A stretch of 64,000 nt of DNA from an uncultured Bacteroidia bacterium (GCA_902789435.1 CADAOA010000002.1:27285-91284), one strand, 5' to 3'. Shown: positions 9,710-20,091, numbered from the stretch's first letter. The notes: generated by a model from the letters alone, not told the origin. Numbers and translations are program-made.

Positions 9710-10648
9710 TCAGTCTCGCGACAGTTTTTCAGCGCTTCTTATAATGTCAACTGATATCTGCTCGTCTATGGTGAGCGCTATCTTGCTGTTGTCTTCTACA
9801 GGCTTGTACCAGCTCTTGGAGCCGAAATACTCTTTCAGGTCTTTGGATGTAAACACATAACCCTTGCGGGCGAGTATCTCGTTGCGCATCAGCCTCAGAT
9901 CTTTCTTGCTGTAATCATTAAGGATATCGGAGTTGATGATCCGGATCTTTGTGAAAGGCCACCTGCCGTCTCCCTTGTCGATGTATTTCAGCTTCTTGAA
10001 CAGGCCAGCCTTCTCGTAATAGTCAGACTCCTCGTCATATTTTGCATTATACAGATTAACTCCGTCCGTGGTCAGCTCATAGTAGAAATTTTTGCCGGCA
10101 ACCTTTATGACATTGATAGGAGTGTCATATTCCTCGCCGAAAGTGAAGTCAGTCTCCTTTGGAACAATCTTTCCAAGCTTGCACCTTGAGTAATCGAAAA
10201 GATAAGACTCTCCCTCATCGTCAACATACTCTCCGTTGAGCTGGCTTTGCATATCGAGGCAGATATTATCGTACAGGTTCTCATCCACAAACGGGAAGAG
10301 AATGTCAAGAGCTATTCCATCGTGATAAAAGACCAGAAAACGGCGGGAATTCTTGCTGTCTGTCACAAAAACAGCCTTGTCGCCGATTTTGCCAATCGGC
10401 ACATATTCGGATTCCCCATCTTCTTTAACACAGTCTACAACAAAATCTGTGGCAACGTCTGTCTTTTTGAGAATGAACCTGTAGCCTCCCTCGTGGCAGC
10501 TGCCGCCATTAAAGAGAATATGGTCACCCTGATCCTTTGCGGAGAAAACAAGGGAACCGTTCATCCATTGGTATTTGTCCCACTTTACCTGGGCGAATAA
10601 AGAAGAGAATACAAGAAGCGACAATGCAAGCAATGATAATCTTTTCAT
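9710..10648 (-). CDS. secreted YARHG-domain protein
   Basis: Signal peptide. C-terminal LRLMRNEILARKGYVFTSKDLKEYF matches the YARHG-domain pattern. Noticeably more AT-rich than its neighbours. Confidence 0.6.
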   Translation of the reverse strand: MKRLSLLALSLLVFSSLFAQVKWDKYQWMNGSLVFSAKDQGDHILFNGGSCHEGGYRFILKKTDVATDFVVDCVKEDGESEYVPIGKIGDKAVFVTDSKNSRRFLVFYHDGIALDILFPFVDENLYDNICLDMQSQLNGEYVDDEGESYLFDYSRCKLGKIVPKETDFTFGEEYDTPINVIKVAGKNFYYELTTDGVNLYNAKYDEESDYYEKAGLFKKLKYIDKGDGRWPFTKIRIINSDILNDYSKKDLRLMRNEILARKGYVFTSKDLKEYFGSKSWYKPVEDNSKIALTIDEQISVDIIRSAEKLSRD

Positions 10649-10693
10649 AATTCAAGTGTTTTTAAAGCAATTGCAATATAACGAATATTTCCC

Positions 10694-10728
10694 AATAAAA
10701 AAAGGGACTGGCTTTCGTCAGTCCCTTT
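10694..10728 (-). terminator. rho-independent terminator after rpsC
   Basis: 10-bp stem aaagggactg/cagtcccttt (10701-10710 and 10719-10728), followed on the minus strand by a T-run. Lies 25 nt past the rpsC stop. Confidence 0.75.
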
Positions 10729-10753
10729 CAATTTGAGCGTTAATGCTTCAGGA

Positions 10754-11503
10754 TTAGTTCTGAGCGTTTCTTGGCCTGCGGCCACCTCTTGAACCACCTC
10801 TTCTGCGGTCTGAACGACCCTCTGAAGAACGTGCCTTATCGTTAGCATTTACGCCTGCGTTAGGAGTAAGGTCTCTCTTGCCGTAAACCTCACCGTTGCA
10901 AACCCATACCTTGATTCCGAGAACGCCCACCTTGGTGTTTGCCTCAGCAAGTGCATAGTCAATGTTTGCACGGAAAGTGTGCAGAGGAGTTCTTCCCTCC
11001 TTGATCATCTCGCTGCGTGCCATTTCGGCGCCACCGAGACGTCCGCTGATCTGAACCTTGATACCCTCGGCACCGGCTCTCATAGCAGAAGCGATAGCCA
11101 TCTTGATAGCCCTTCTGTATGATACACGGCCTTCGATCTGGCGGGCAAGGCTGTTAGCGATGATATTGGCGTCAACCTCAGGTCTCTTCACCTCAAAGAT
11201 GTTGATCTGAACCTCCTTGTTGGAGATCTTGTTGAGCTCAACCTTCAGCTTGTCAACCTCAGCGCCACCCTTACCGATGATAAGGCCCGGCTTTGCGGTA
11301 TGGATAGTAACAGTGATGAGCTTAAGTGTCCTCTCGATGACGATCTTAGAGATTGACTGCTTGGAAAGCCTTGCATTCAAATACTTGCGGATCTTGTCAT
11401 CTTCCAGGATCTTTGCAGCGTAATCATTTCCGCCGTACCAGTTGGAATCCCATCCACGGATAATTCCAAGTCTGTTGCTGATTGGATTGGTTTTCTGTCC
11501 CAT
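10754..11503 (-). CDS. rpsC: 30S ribosomal protein S3
   Basis: [20 protein letters not shown]..., KH domain GKGG, basic RG-rich C-terminal tail. Confidence 0.97.
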   Translation of the reverse strand: MGQKTNPISNRLGIIRGWDSNWYGGNDYAAKILEDDKIRKYLNARLSKQSISKIVIERTLKLITVTIHTAKPGLIIGKGGAEVDKLKVELNKISNKEVQINIFEVKRPEVDANIIANSLARQIEGRVSYRRAIKMAIASAMRAGAEGIKVQISGRLGGAEMARSEMIKEGRTPLHTFRANIDYALAEANTKVGVLGIKVWVCNGEVYGKRDLTPNAGVNANDKARSSEGRSDRRRGGSRGGRRPRNAQN

Positions 11504-11504
11504 A

Positions 11505-11948
11505 TTACTTTTCCTCCGCCTTTACAGCCGGTGTTTCAGCGGCCTTGTTTTCTTTTTTGTCAAGAATAATGGTAACGTGGTTAGAACGCTTGCGGATTCT
11601 TGCAGCACGTCCCTGAGGAGCTGTGCGGATTCTCTTAAGCGTACGTCCTTCGCCGACCATTATGGTCTTTACGATTACATTACCGTTATCCAGCTCTTTA
11701 CGGTCTGCCTCGTTCTTGCTCTCCCAGTTTGCAATGGCGCTCTTGAGGAGCTTGTAGAGCTTGTTGGAAGCTTCCTTCTTGGAATATTTGAGAATATCCA
11801 GAGCTTTGTTTACCTCTACGCCTCTTATGGTATCTGCGCTGTAACGCATTTTCCGCGGAGATGTAGGAACGTCATTCAGCTTTGCTACAGCTGTCTGCTT
11901 CTTTATGGTTTTCTGGCGCTCGGCCATTTCCCTTTTTCTTTTTCCCAT
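11505..11948 (-). CDS. rplV: 50S ribosomal protein L22
   Basis: Sequence and position between S19 and S3. SPRKMR motif. Confidence 0.95.
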   Translation of the reverse strand: MGKRKREMAERQKTIKKQTAVAKLNDVPTSPRKMRYSADTIRGVEVNKALDILKYSKKEASNKLYKLLKSAIANWESKNEADRKELDNGNVIVKTIMVGEGRTLKRIRTAPQGRAARIRKRSNHVTIILDKKENKAAETPAVKAEEK

Positions 11949-11983
11949 TTCTGTAAATCTTTAATCGTTAACTCTTAAAGCCA

Positions 11984-12259
11984 TTACTTGTTCTCCTTGC
12001 GGTTACCTGAGTGGCCTTTGAATGTACGGGTAGGAGCAAACTCTCCGAGCTTGTGGCCTACCATATTCTCGGTTACGTAAACGGGAATAAACTTGTTTCC
12101 GTTGTGGACGGCTACGGTGTGGCCTACAAAGTCTGGGGAAATAACGCTTGCCCTAGACCAAGTCTTCACAACGTCCTTCTTGCCGCTTTCGTTCATGGCA
12201 AGAATCCTCTTTTCCAGAGATGCCTCGATATACGGGCCTTTTTTAATTGAACGACTCAT
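11984..12259 (-). CDS. rpsS: 30S ribosomal protein S19
   Basis: [10 protein letters not shown]...[27 protein letters not shown]. Confidence 0.97.
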   Translation of the reverse strand: MSRSIKKGPYIEASLEKRILAMNESGKKDVVKTWSRASVISPDFVGHTVAVHNGNKFIPVYVTENMVGHKLGEFAPTRTFKGHSGNRKENK

Positions 12260-12277
12260 AATCTTAAATTTATTCCG

Positions 12278-13102
<825 letters not shown>

Positions 13103-13104
13103 CT

Positions 13105-13395
13105 CTAAATGTTGCTATAGAAATCAATCTTGTCGTCACCGGCGAGGGTTATGTAAGCCTTCTTGAACCTGTTGGTACGGCCCTTAAGCAGACCGGCCTT
13201 GGTATAGCGGCTTTTTGCCTTGCCATTGTAAGAAACTGTGTTGACATCCTTCACAGTCACATTGTACATCTCCTCTACAGCCTTGCGGATCTCGATCTTG
13301 TTAGCGCTGTAGTCTACGATGAATCCGTAGCGATTTCTCTTGTCGCCCTCGGAAGTCATCTTCTCTGTTACTATCGGCTTTATCAAAATACCCAT
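13105..13395 (-). CDS. rplW: 50S ribosomal protein L23
   Basis: [12 protein letters not shown] start (second ATG of the track ORF). Position between L4 and L2. Confidence 0.9.
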   Translation of the reverse strand: MGILIKPIVTEKMTSEGDKRNRYGFIVDYSANKIEIRKAVEEMYNVTVKDVNTVSYNGKAKSRYTKAGLLKGRTNRFKKAYITLAGDDKIDFYSNI

Positions 13396-13407
13396 AATTC
13401 TCAAGTT

Positions 13408-14037
13408 TTAACGTTTGTACTCTACCTTAAGAGAATTCTGGGCGCCATCCACGAACACTACGGAATATGCACGCATAATATCGTAGGTGTTGAGATTGTT
13501 AGGAGTAGCAACCTTTACGTTCTCCAGATTGCGGGAAGACAAACTAATGTTCGCATTTCTCTCAGGAACCACGAAAAGAACCATACGGTCGTTGACCTTG
13601 ATGTTCTTGATGATATTCACGAATTCCTTTGTCTTAGGAGCTTCCATGGTGAATGGCTCAACTACTGCGATGGCGTTGTCCTTAGCCTTGTAAGAAAGGG
13701 CTGAGAAACGGGCCAGCTGCTTTACCTTCTTGTTGAGCTTGAAGTCATAGTTGCGAGGACGAGGACCATGAGCCCTACCTCCACCTACGTAGATATTAGC
13801 CTTGATGGAACCGTGGCGTGCACCGCCGCTGCCCTTCTGGCGAATGATCTTCTTGGTAGAATAAGCAACTTCACTTCTGTCCTTAGTCTTGCTGGTACCC
13901 TGTCTATGGGCTGCAAGATACTGCTTAACGTCCAGATAAATAGCGTGGTCGTTAGGCTCGATTCCGAATACTGCATCGTCCAGAACGGCTTTCTTTCCGG
14001 TCTGTGTGCCGTCGATCTTCAATACTGCAATTTCCAT
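13408..14037 (-). CDS. rplD: 50S ribosomal protein L4
   Basis: KGSGGARHGS, GGGRAHGPRPR motifs. Order in cluster. Confidence 0.95.
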   Translation of the reverse strand: MEIAVLKIDGTQTGKKAVLDDAVFGIEPNDHAIYLDVKQYLAAHRQGTSKTKDRSEVAYSTKKIIRQKGSGGARHGSIKANIYVGGGRAHGPRPRNYDFKLNKKVKQLARFSALSYKAKDNAIAVVEPFTMEAPKTKEFVNIIKNIKVNDRMVLFVVPERNANISLSSRNLENVKVATPNNLNTYDIMRAYSVVFVDGAQNSLKVEYKR

Positions 14038-14040
14038 AAA

Positions 14041-14667
14041 CTATTCCTCCACAATTACATAAGAACCAGTGGCTCCAGGAATGGAACCCTTCACAAGCAG
14101 AAGATTGCTTTCAGGAATAACCTTGATGACCTTAAGATTCAGAATCTTAACGCGGTCACCACCCATTCTTCCTGCAAGTCTCTTGCCTTTGAAAACTCTT
14201 GAAGGCCAAGATGATGCACCCATAGAACCAGGAGCACGAAGTCTGTCGTCCTGACCGTGGGTCTGACCACCTACGCCGCCGAATCCGTGGCGCTTAACAA
14301 CGCCCTGGAAGCCTTTACCTTTAGAAATACCGGTAACGTCAACCCAAGTGTCCTCGCTTTTGAAAACGTCTGCGACACTGAGAGAATCACCCAACTTAAG
14401 CTCGCCGTCGAAGTCGTTCTTAAACTCAACGAGCTTACGTTTAGGAGTGGTGTTTGCCTTTTTGAAATGTCCCATCAGAGACGCGCTGGTGTGTTTCTCT
14501 TTCTGTTCGTCATAGGCAAGTTGTACAGCGGCATAACCATCTTTTTCTTCTGTACGAATCTGCGTAACAACACACGGACCAGCCTCAATTACGGTGCAAG
14601 GGATGTTCTTTCCATCAGCACCGAATACGGAAGTCATTCCGATTTTTTTGCCGATTAATCCAGGCAT
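14041..14667 (-). CDS. rplC: 50S ribosomal protein L3
   Basis: [15 protein letters not shown] is the canonical L3 N-terminus (ATG at 14667). The 32 extra residues of the track ORF (to 14763) are rejected as leader. Confidence 0.93.
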   Translation of the reverse strand: MPGLIGKKIGMTSVFGADGKNIPCTVIEAGPCVVTQIRTEEKDGYAAVQLAYDEQKEKHTSASLMGHFKKANTTPKRKLVEFKNDFDGELKLGDSLSVADVFKSEDTWVDVTGISKGKGFQGVVKRHGFGGVGGQTHGQDDRLRAPGSMGASSWPSRVFKGKRLAGRMGGDRVKILNLKVIKVIPESNLLLVKGSIPGATGSYVIVEE

Positions 14668-14797
14668 TTTACTATTTGTGTTTTGATTAAACATCAGCTG
14701 CATAGCCATTTGCGGAGGCATTGCATTATCCTCAGCGATGAGGGAAAGAGGCATTGCGCGCACCTGGGTACAGCTCCCTGCATTTTTTGCGGGGGTG

Positions 14798-14828
14798 CAA
14801 AGATATAAACATTTTTTGAACAGACAAG
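14798..14828 (-). promoter_or_regulatory. Bacteroidota-type promoter upstream of rplC
   Basis: Minus strand reads cTTG - 19 nt - TATCTTTG (-7 TAnnTTTG consensus at 14798-14805). It would give a ~125-nt leader before rplC. Confidence 0.5.
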
Positions 14829-14830
14829 TA

Positions 14831-14874
14831 TTTTTGAAAAGAAAAACTCCTGCCGGGTGGCTGTCCGGCAGGAG
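14831..14874 (-). terminator. rho-independent terminator after the LRR lipoprotein gene
   Basis: Perfect 10-bp stem ctcctgccgg/ccggcaggag (14847-14856 and 14865-14874), followed on the minus strand by tttttcttttc. Lies 30 nt past the stop at 14905. Confidence 0.75.
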
Positions 14875-14904
14875 CTTTTAAATAATAATACGGTATTGTC
14901 GCGA

Positions 14905-17496
14905 TTAATAATGCATGTCAAATGCAGTATGATACAACTGCCATATCTGCTCTTCGGTCACTGCGCCGTTAGTATCATATAATTTCAGGGTTCCGCTGCT
15001 AATGTTATTGGACTGGGTTTGCGAAAGCACCAATGTTCCGAGGATGTAGTCGTCACTCTGAGGCCAGGCCTTCAATGCGTTGAGAAGCGAGCAGTAGTGA
15101 ATGTCCAGCGTCCCTATCTTGTTCAGGGAGCAGTCCAATTCTTGGAGAGAGGTGCATGGTTGGAGATTCAGTGTCTCAATATTGTTCTGGGCACAGTACA
15201 GATTTTTGAGAGCCGTGCATCCGGTCAGGTTCAGCGTGGAGATACTGCACTCCCTGCAGTCCAATGCCTTCAGTCTGGCCAGGCCGGAAAGGTTAAGAGA
15301 GGTCAGGCCGCTGTTCTTTGAGCAGTTGATGAATACCAGTTCAGGCAGACCGCTGACATTGATTGAGGAAATCCCGGCTTTCTCGCACTCCAAAGACTTG
15401 AGGCCTCCGTTGCAGGACATATCGAGAGCATAGTAATAGTTGGTATAGGAAATATTCAGGTCCTCCAGAGCAGGGAAGACGTTGAAATCTCCGGCCGGCC
15501 AGGAGATAATTTCCGTGCCGTAAAGATTCAGAGTTTTCAGCTCATCGCATCCTGTCCAGGCAACAGAATTGCTGATTTTACAGTTCTTGACAGTAAGAGA
15601 TTCCAATTTCTCACAGTTGGCACAATTGAAATTATTAAGAAGTGAAAGCCTTTCAATATCCAGAGACGTAACGCCGGAATTGGCGCACTCGAAATCTTCG
15701 ATTGGAGCTCTCTCAGCCACCGTGATTCCTGTCAATAACTGATTGTTGCCAGCATCCAGTTTCTTCAGATGTCCCTTGTCGCTCAAATCAAGTGTTCCTT
15801 CATAATTGCTGCCGTAAAGATCAACCTCCTCAAGGTAAGAGAAACCAGCAAAGTCCTCTGCGGGCCAGGTTGCCAGCTGGGTATTGCTGAACAGGAATTT
15901 CTTTATGGCAGGACAGTTGGCCCAGGTTATCGAATTGGAAACTTTAGACTCGCTGAGGTCCAGTTCTTCAAGCTCTGAACAGTTGGAGCAGTTCACGTAT
16001 GAAAGATTTGGCTGATATGACAGGTTCAGCGCTGTTAACTTGGTGTTGGCACACTCAAAATGCTCAAGATTGAGAGTGTTTTCAATGTCAAGTGTTGTGA
16101 AGCTGGTGCACTGGCTTAGGTTGATTTTCTTCAGAAGGGTGTTGTTGGTGGCATTAAGATCCTTCAGGCTAGAAAGACCGTAAGCGTCTATCTCAGACAG
16201 TTTGGTGTAGCAGCATTCAAGTCCTTTCAATTGAGTAAGCCCTTCGATATTGAGACTTTCAATATCGTTGAAATTCACGATAAGCCGCGTCAGGGCTGTA
16301 TTCTGTCTCAGGTCCAGACTGGCAAGAGGACCCTGAACAGAAGTTGAGCCGGAAACATTAAGAATCTGCAAGTTCTTGAACTCTTCAATTCCCTTCAGCG
16401 ATGAGGCATAGATGAAGTCGTATCTATAGCCTCCAGAATAGTAATACGTGTACTCGTGAGTAGGAGAAGCGTTGAAGCAGTTCATCACGGTAACGGCCAG
16501 AGCCTCGTCAATGCTGATTTCTCCGTCTCCGTCCGTATCGAAGTTTGCAACGCAGTATGCCTTGAAGGTTTCGTCTTCGAATTCAACAAGCTCCAGAGGC
16601 TCCAGAGCTACGCTCAAGGCAGCCATGTTGCGCCTTACGTTACGTTCTATCTGGATATTGGCTGAAGTAGACTTAACTTTCCTTCCCCTCTTTCCGCCGG
16701 ATGTGCCGTCTATGGTAATCTTGAAACCATTGGTGAAAGTTACAGGAGGGATCACGAAGTTGAATTCAGTGGCATCTTCGGCAGAAGTGCCCAGAGTAAC
16801 AGGAGTTGGGCAATTTATCTTGATCTTGGTTGTGGCGCCGTTTCCCATTGTTACAGTTGGCAGACCGCCTATGGCCTGAGCTATTGTGGCTGCACCGGCT
16901 ATCTTCTCGCCGTTCTTGCCCTCAAGAGTTATGCTGGTTACGGAAACACCTTCTCCGTAAAGCTTGAGCCTAAGATATCCGCAGGCGTTCTTGAACTCCA
17001 AACTACGATCATCCTCATCTATCATCGGTTCCCTTACGGCCACCATAGTATTGGCACCAGGACCGAAAGAGTTGGCGCGATAAGTCTGGTCGGCAGGAAG
17101 ATTCAATGAGATTCCTGTTCCGGCAGAATTGAGCACGATGTCGCTAGAATACGGATAAATGGCCCAAATGACATTTAAAGGCGTATCTCCCTGCCGCTCA
17201 TCGATTTGCTGAAACTCTCCAGAAGCATCTCCATCGGCCCCCTTAAAACGGAATTTCAGGTTTTGTGTGTTGTAGAAAAACGCTGATATCAAGTCATTGG
17301 CATTCCAGAGAACTTTAAGGTTATTCCCCCAGTAGGTCTTGGTTCCTGTCTGGGTGTTGGTTTCAGTTCCGGCATAGATGATATCCGGAAGTATGTATTT
17401 CTTCAGCGACACCTTTTCCTCAGGAGTCTGGTCCTCCTTGCTGCAAGAGGCAAATGCAAAGGCGGCAAGAGCAAATAACAATATATACTTTTTCAT
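14905..17496 (-). CDS. cell-surface lipoprotein: N-terminal Ig/fimbrillin-like region, Ca-binding-like DTDGDGEISIDEA motif, long C-terminal leucine-rich-repeat array
   Basis: Lipobox FAFASC. From about aa 380 onward, ~22-23-aa LxxLxCxxNxLxxLDLS-type repeats run to near the C-terminus. No T9SS-type C-terminal domain is obvious. Confidence 0.75.
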   Translation of the reverse strand: MKKYILLFALAAFAFASCSKEDQTPEEKVSLKKYILPDIIYAGTETNTQTGTKTYWGNNLKVLWNANDLISAFFYNTQNLKFRFKGADGDASGEFQQIDERQGDTPLNVIWAIYPYSSDIVLNSAGTGISLNLPADQTYRANSFGPGANTMVAVREPMIDEDDRSLEFKNACGYLRLKLYGEGVSVTSITLEGKNGEKIAGAATIAQAIGGLPTVTMGNGATTKIKINCPTPVTLGTSAEDATEFNFVIPPVTFTNGFKITIDGTSGGKRGRKVKSTSANIQIERNVRRNMAALSVALEPLELVEFEDETFKAYCVANFDTDGDGEISIDEALAVTVMNCFNASPTHEYTYYYSGGYRYDFIYASSLKGIEEFKNLQILNVSGSTSVQGPLASLDLRQNTALTRLIVNFNDIESLNIEGLTQLKGLECCYTKLSEIDAYGLSSLKDLNATNNTLLKKINLSQCTSFTTLDIENTLNLEHFECANTKLTALNLSYQPNLSYVNCSNCSELEELDLSESKVSNSITWANCPAIKKFLFSNTQLATWPAEDFAGFSYLEEVDLYGSNYEGTLDLSDKGHLKKLDAGNNQLLTGITVAERAPIEDFECANSGVTSLDIERLSLLNNFNCANCEKLESLTVKNCKISNSVAWTGCDELKTLNLYGTEIISWPAGDFNVFPALEDLNISYTNYYYALDMSCNGGLKSLECEKAGISSINVSGLPELVFINCSKNSGLTSLNLSGLARLKALDCRECSISTLNLTGCTALKNLYCAQNNIETLNLQPCTSLQELDCSLNKIGTLDIHYCSLLNALKAWPQSDDYILGTLVLSQTQSNNISSGTLKLYDTNGAVTEEQIWQLYHTAFDMHY

Positions 17497-17517
17497 GACT
17501 GTTTGTTTTTCTAGTGA

Positions 17518-17655
17518 TTAAATTTCATCCCATCCAATCTCTTCATCCGGGTCTTCTTCAGTTATCTCTGTCATAGATTGGCAGACAAAAGTCTGAACCT
17601 CCACAACAAGCACTCTTGCGTAAGGAGATTCATAAGATTCTTTTTGTGTTTTCAT
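17518..17655 (-). CDS. candidate 45-aa small ORF (MKTQKESYESPYARVLVVEVQTFVCQSMTEITEEDPDEEIGWDEI)
   Basis: Found by hand; below the track length cutoff. ATG at 17655, TAA at 17518-17520, ending 21 nt upstream of the LRR lipoprotein start on the same strand. No homology evidence. Confidence 0.3.
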   Translation of the reverse strand: MKTQKESYESPYARVLVVEVQTFVCQSMTEITEEDPDEEIGWDEI

Positions 17656-17752
17656 AATAAAGTTGTATTTAAAATCAAAATTCAAATTTCGGGAAATGCA
17701 ACACTATAAAGTTAATAATTTTTCAGTAATCAAGAGGGGCGGACAAGGTCAA

Positions 17753-17795
17753 AACGCATCAAATTCACACTATTGAAGCAGATGCGTTATCTTTG
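17753..17795 (+). promoter_or_regulatory. promoter (-7 TATCTTTG at 17788-17795) with flanking 8-bp inverted repeat AACGCATC-N20-GATGCGTT
   Basis: TAnnTTTG match 22 nt upstream of ATG 17818. The inverted-repeat arms at 17753-17760 and 17781-17788 bracket the -33 region. Confidence 0.4.
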
Positions 17796-17817
17796 TGGCA
17801 TAAGAAAGGCGTTTAAA

Positions 17818-19281
17818 ATGAAAAATATTGTTTCTGCTATTATTTTGGCCCTGGCGGCGGTATTTATGGCCGCCTGCATCCATCGCGGAGAAGAAAAAAC
17901 AGGCTCAGAAGCCCATATAACGCAGCTGATCTCGGAAGCCTCGGCTGAAGTGGAAAGCCAGAAGTTTGACTCAGCGATGGTAAAAGCGATTCAGGCACTG
18001 GATCTGGCGGAAAAGAAAGGGCTACCTCTCCAGAAAGTGAAGGCTCTGGAGTGCATCGTAGGCATCGACATTATGACTAGCCGCGACTCCGCTGCTTGGG
18101 AAAAAGCCCTTCAGGCTGAGGAAATAGCCCGCAAAGAAGGCTTCAAAGATGATCTTTCCGGCATTTTGATTTCAAAGGCAAAACTGTGCTCATACGCTGA
18201 AATCTCTCCTGAGACTAGCAGAAACGATGAGGGCCTGGAATATGCCCAGGAAGCTCTCACCCTTGCAGAAGAGGCTCAAAGCATGGAAAAACAGGCAGAG
18301 GCCTGCTATGTCATAGGATCGCTTTACATCAACAAGAACCGTTGGAACGACCAGATAGATACGGCCATCTACAATACGGCTGGGCGATATCTGGCCAAAG
18401 GACAGGCTATAGCAGATACCTATGATATACCTAGGCTGAAACGCAACGGCATAATGTTCCGTTCCCGCTGGTTCCAGCAGGGAGACCGCAACGCTGAGGC
18501 CGTACAGTACTTCTCCCAGGTGCTCACAACCCTGAAAGACTCCGACCATCTGACCGCCTCCAGCCTCTACGACCGCCTGGTAAGGCTCTATACACGCTTG
18601 GGAGAAAATGAAAAGGCCCTGGAGTGCCACGATATGTACGTAAGGCACCAGCAGCAGTACATGGCGCAGAAAAACGACGAGATTCTCCAGGAGATGGAGA
18701 CAAAATTTGAGGTGGAGAAGAAAGAGAAGGCCCTGGTAATTGGCCGTTACCGTACTGCTCTGCTCATTCTGGCTGTAATTCTCGCTCTGGCGGCTCTAGC
18801 GGCCGCATTCCGCAAGATTAGGGCTGTCCGCCATCGCAACGCAGAGCTAGCAAAGAGCAACAGCATAAAAGAACAGATTATCTCCTTCCTGTCTAATTCA
18901 CTCAGAGATCCGGAAAGCAAATACACTTCCGCCTTTGAAGCCCTCGCCGCCGAAGCTCCGGCTCTGACAGAAGAGCAGATCAGGGAAAGGTGCCGCCAAA
19001 TAACAAAGGAAAGCCATTCGCTCAGCGATGATGTTGGCAAATATCTTTCAGACCTTCTGGCTGAAAAGCGGAATAAAATCGCCGAGATGGGACTGTCTCA
19101 AAGAGAAATTGAAATCATACAGCTCTCCGCCCAGGGGCTCAAGGCTTCTGAAATTGCAGAAAAGCTATTCCTTAGCGTACATACGGTGAACACCCATCGC
19201 CAGAGGATCTACTCTAAAATGGAAGTGCGGAACATATCTGATATGCTCCGCAAATCCAAACTCCTGGGTATTATCCAGTAG
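17818..19281 (+). CDS. membrane-anchored LuxR-family transcriptional regulator with extracytoplasmic TPR-like domain
   Basis: N-terminal signal/lipobox (VFMAAC), ~300 aa helical repeat region, TM helix (ALLILAVILALAALAAAF), C-terminal LuxR HTH (LSQREIEIIQLSAQGLKASEIAEKLFLSVHTVNTHRQRIYSKM). Start moved to 17818 because the promoter lies inside the track extension. Confidence 0.75.
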   Translation: MKNIVSAIILALAAVFMAACIHRGEEKTGSEAHITQLISEASAEVESQKFDSAMVKAIQALDLAEKKGLPLQKVKALECIVGIDIMTSRDSAAWEKALQAEEIARKEGFKDDLSGILISKAKLCSYAEISPETSRNDEGLEYAQEALTLAEEAQSMEKQAEACYVIGSLYINKNRWNDQIDTAIYNTAGRYLAKGQAIADTYDIPRLKRNGIMFRSRWFQQGDRNAEAVQYFSQVLTTLKDSDHLTASSLYDRLVRLYTRLGENEKALECHDMYVRHQQQYMAQKNDEILQEMETKFEVEKKEKALVIGRYRTALLILAVILALAALAAAFRKIRAVRHRNAELAKSNSIKEQIISFLSNSLRDPESKYTSAFEALAAEAPALTEEQIRERCRQITKESHSLSDDVGKYLSDLLAEKRNKIAEMGLSQREIEIIQLSAQGLKASEIAEKLFLSVHTVNTHRQRIYSKMEVRNISDMLRKSKLLGIIQ

Positions 19282-19313
19282 GAGTCAGTAATCTCTTCAA
19301 TAATCGCTGAGGA

Positions 19314-20021
19314 TTACTTCAGATAGTAGGTAACGGATGTAACAACTCTTACCTTCTTGATGTAATCTGTTGTCTCGTCAAGATCCTCGATGGAGAACTG
19401 GCCCTGGCTGGCAGTCTTGATTTTTCCGAGGCTGCTGCCGCAGTTGTCGGCGAACTGCTGGGCGGCTTCCCTTGCTTTCGCAGTAGCTTCCTTGATCATT
19501 TCCGGCTTCAGGTCGTTAAGGCCGGTGAAATCGTAAGAAGCCCAGTCGCTGATGATAATGTCCTTCTTCAGCATCTCGGATGTCAGAGTTTTTACCAGAT
19601 TCCTGATAGCATCTACCTTTTTGGTGGAAATGGTCATGGACTGGTTAATCTGCCACTTGTAGGCAGGCTTGTTGTTGGAATACCTGTACTGGTCCTCGAG
19701 ATTGCTTACAGATGGTGAAGCCTCAAAGATTTCATCGTCCGTGATACCTGCCTGCTTGATGAAGTCCTTTACGGTCTTGGCGTTGGCGTCAACAGAAGAA
19801 TAGAGAGAGGACAGGTCGTTGCCCTGCCTTCCGAAAGAAACTCTCCAGATAGCCTTGTCGGCCGGAACCTGCTGCTCTGAAAGTCCCTTTACGGTAACCA
19901 CGTTGTCCATAGATTTGAACTTTACGATTCCGCTCCTAAGGCAAAGGCCCAGAGCCAGAAGTCCTACGGCAATAAGCGCAGCCGCAAGAACCTTGTTTCC
20001 TTTTTTCTGATTTTCGGTCAT
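19314..20021 (-). CDS. SIMPL (DUF541) domain protein, membrane-anchored/periplasmic
   Basis: N-terminal TM segment. The overall pattern (VTVKGLSE...IWRVSF ... VTSVTYYL) resembles the SIMPL/YggE family. Confidence 0.6.
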   Translation of the reverse strand: MTENQKKGNKVLAAALIAVGLLALGLCLRSGIVKFKSMDNVVTVKGLSEQQVPADKAIWRVSFGRQGNDLSSLYSSVDANAKTVKDFIKQAGITDDEIFEASPSVSNLEDQYRYSNNKPAYKWQINQSMTISTKKVDAIRNLVKTLTSEMLKKDIIISDWASYDFTGLNDLKPEMIKEATAKAREAAQQFADNCGSSLGKIKTASQGQFSIEDLDETTDYIKKVRVVTSVTYYLK

Positions 20022-20091
20022 AGCTTATAAGTATTACGATAATGATTTCCGTTTCTGATGTAAAGATATGCAAAAAGAGTGCAGTTTTTGC

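Noticed and set aside
14668-14763. N-terminal 32-aa extension of L3 in the track ORF ([15 protein letters not shown]...)
   Set aside because: The canonical L3 N-terminus [15 protein letters not shown] starts at 14667. The extension would lie in the leader just downstream of the predicted promoter and has no counterpart in L3 proteins.
15000-16500. Regularly spaced nucleotide repeats in the 14905-17496 gene, considered as a possible CRISPR-like or satellite array
   Set aside because: The periodicity is ~66-69 nt, imperfect, and entirely in-frame within a long ORF encoding leucine-rich repeats. There are no invariant direct repeats with unique spacers.
17736-17752. Shared motif GGGGCGGACA(a/g)(g/c)GTCAA in two AT-rich intergenic regions (17736-17752 and 39863-39879), both upstream of plus-strand genes
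   Set aside because: The match is 15 of 17 positions. By a rough estimate, about one such match is expected by chance among the intergenic sequences of this window. The spacing to the respective -7 boxes also differs (about 35 versus 38 nt, with different intervening sequence). It is kept only as a note. A genome-wide motif count would be needed.
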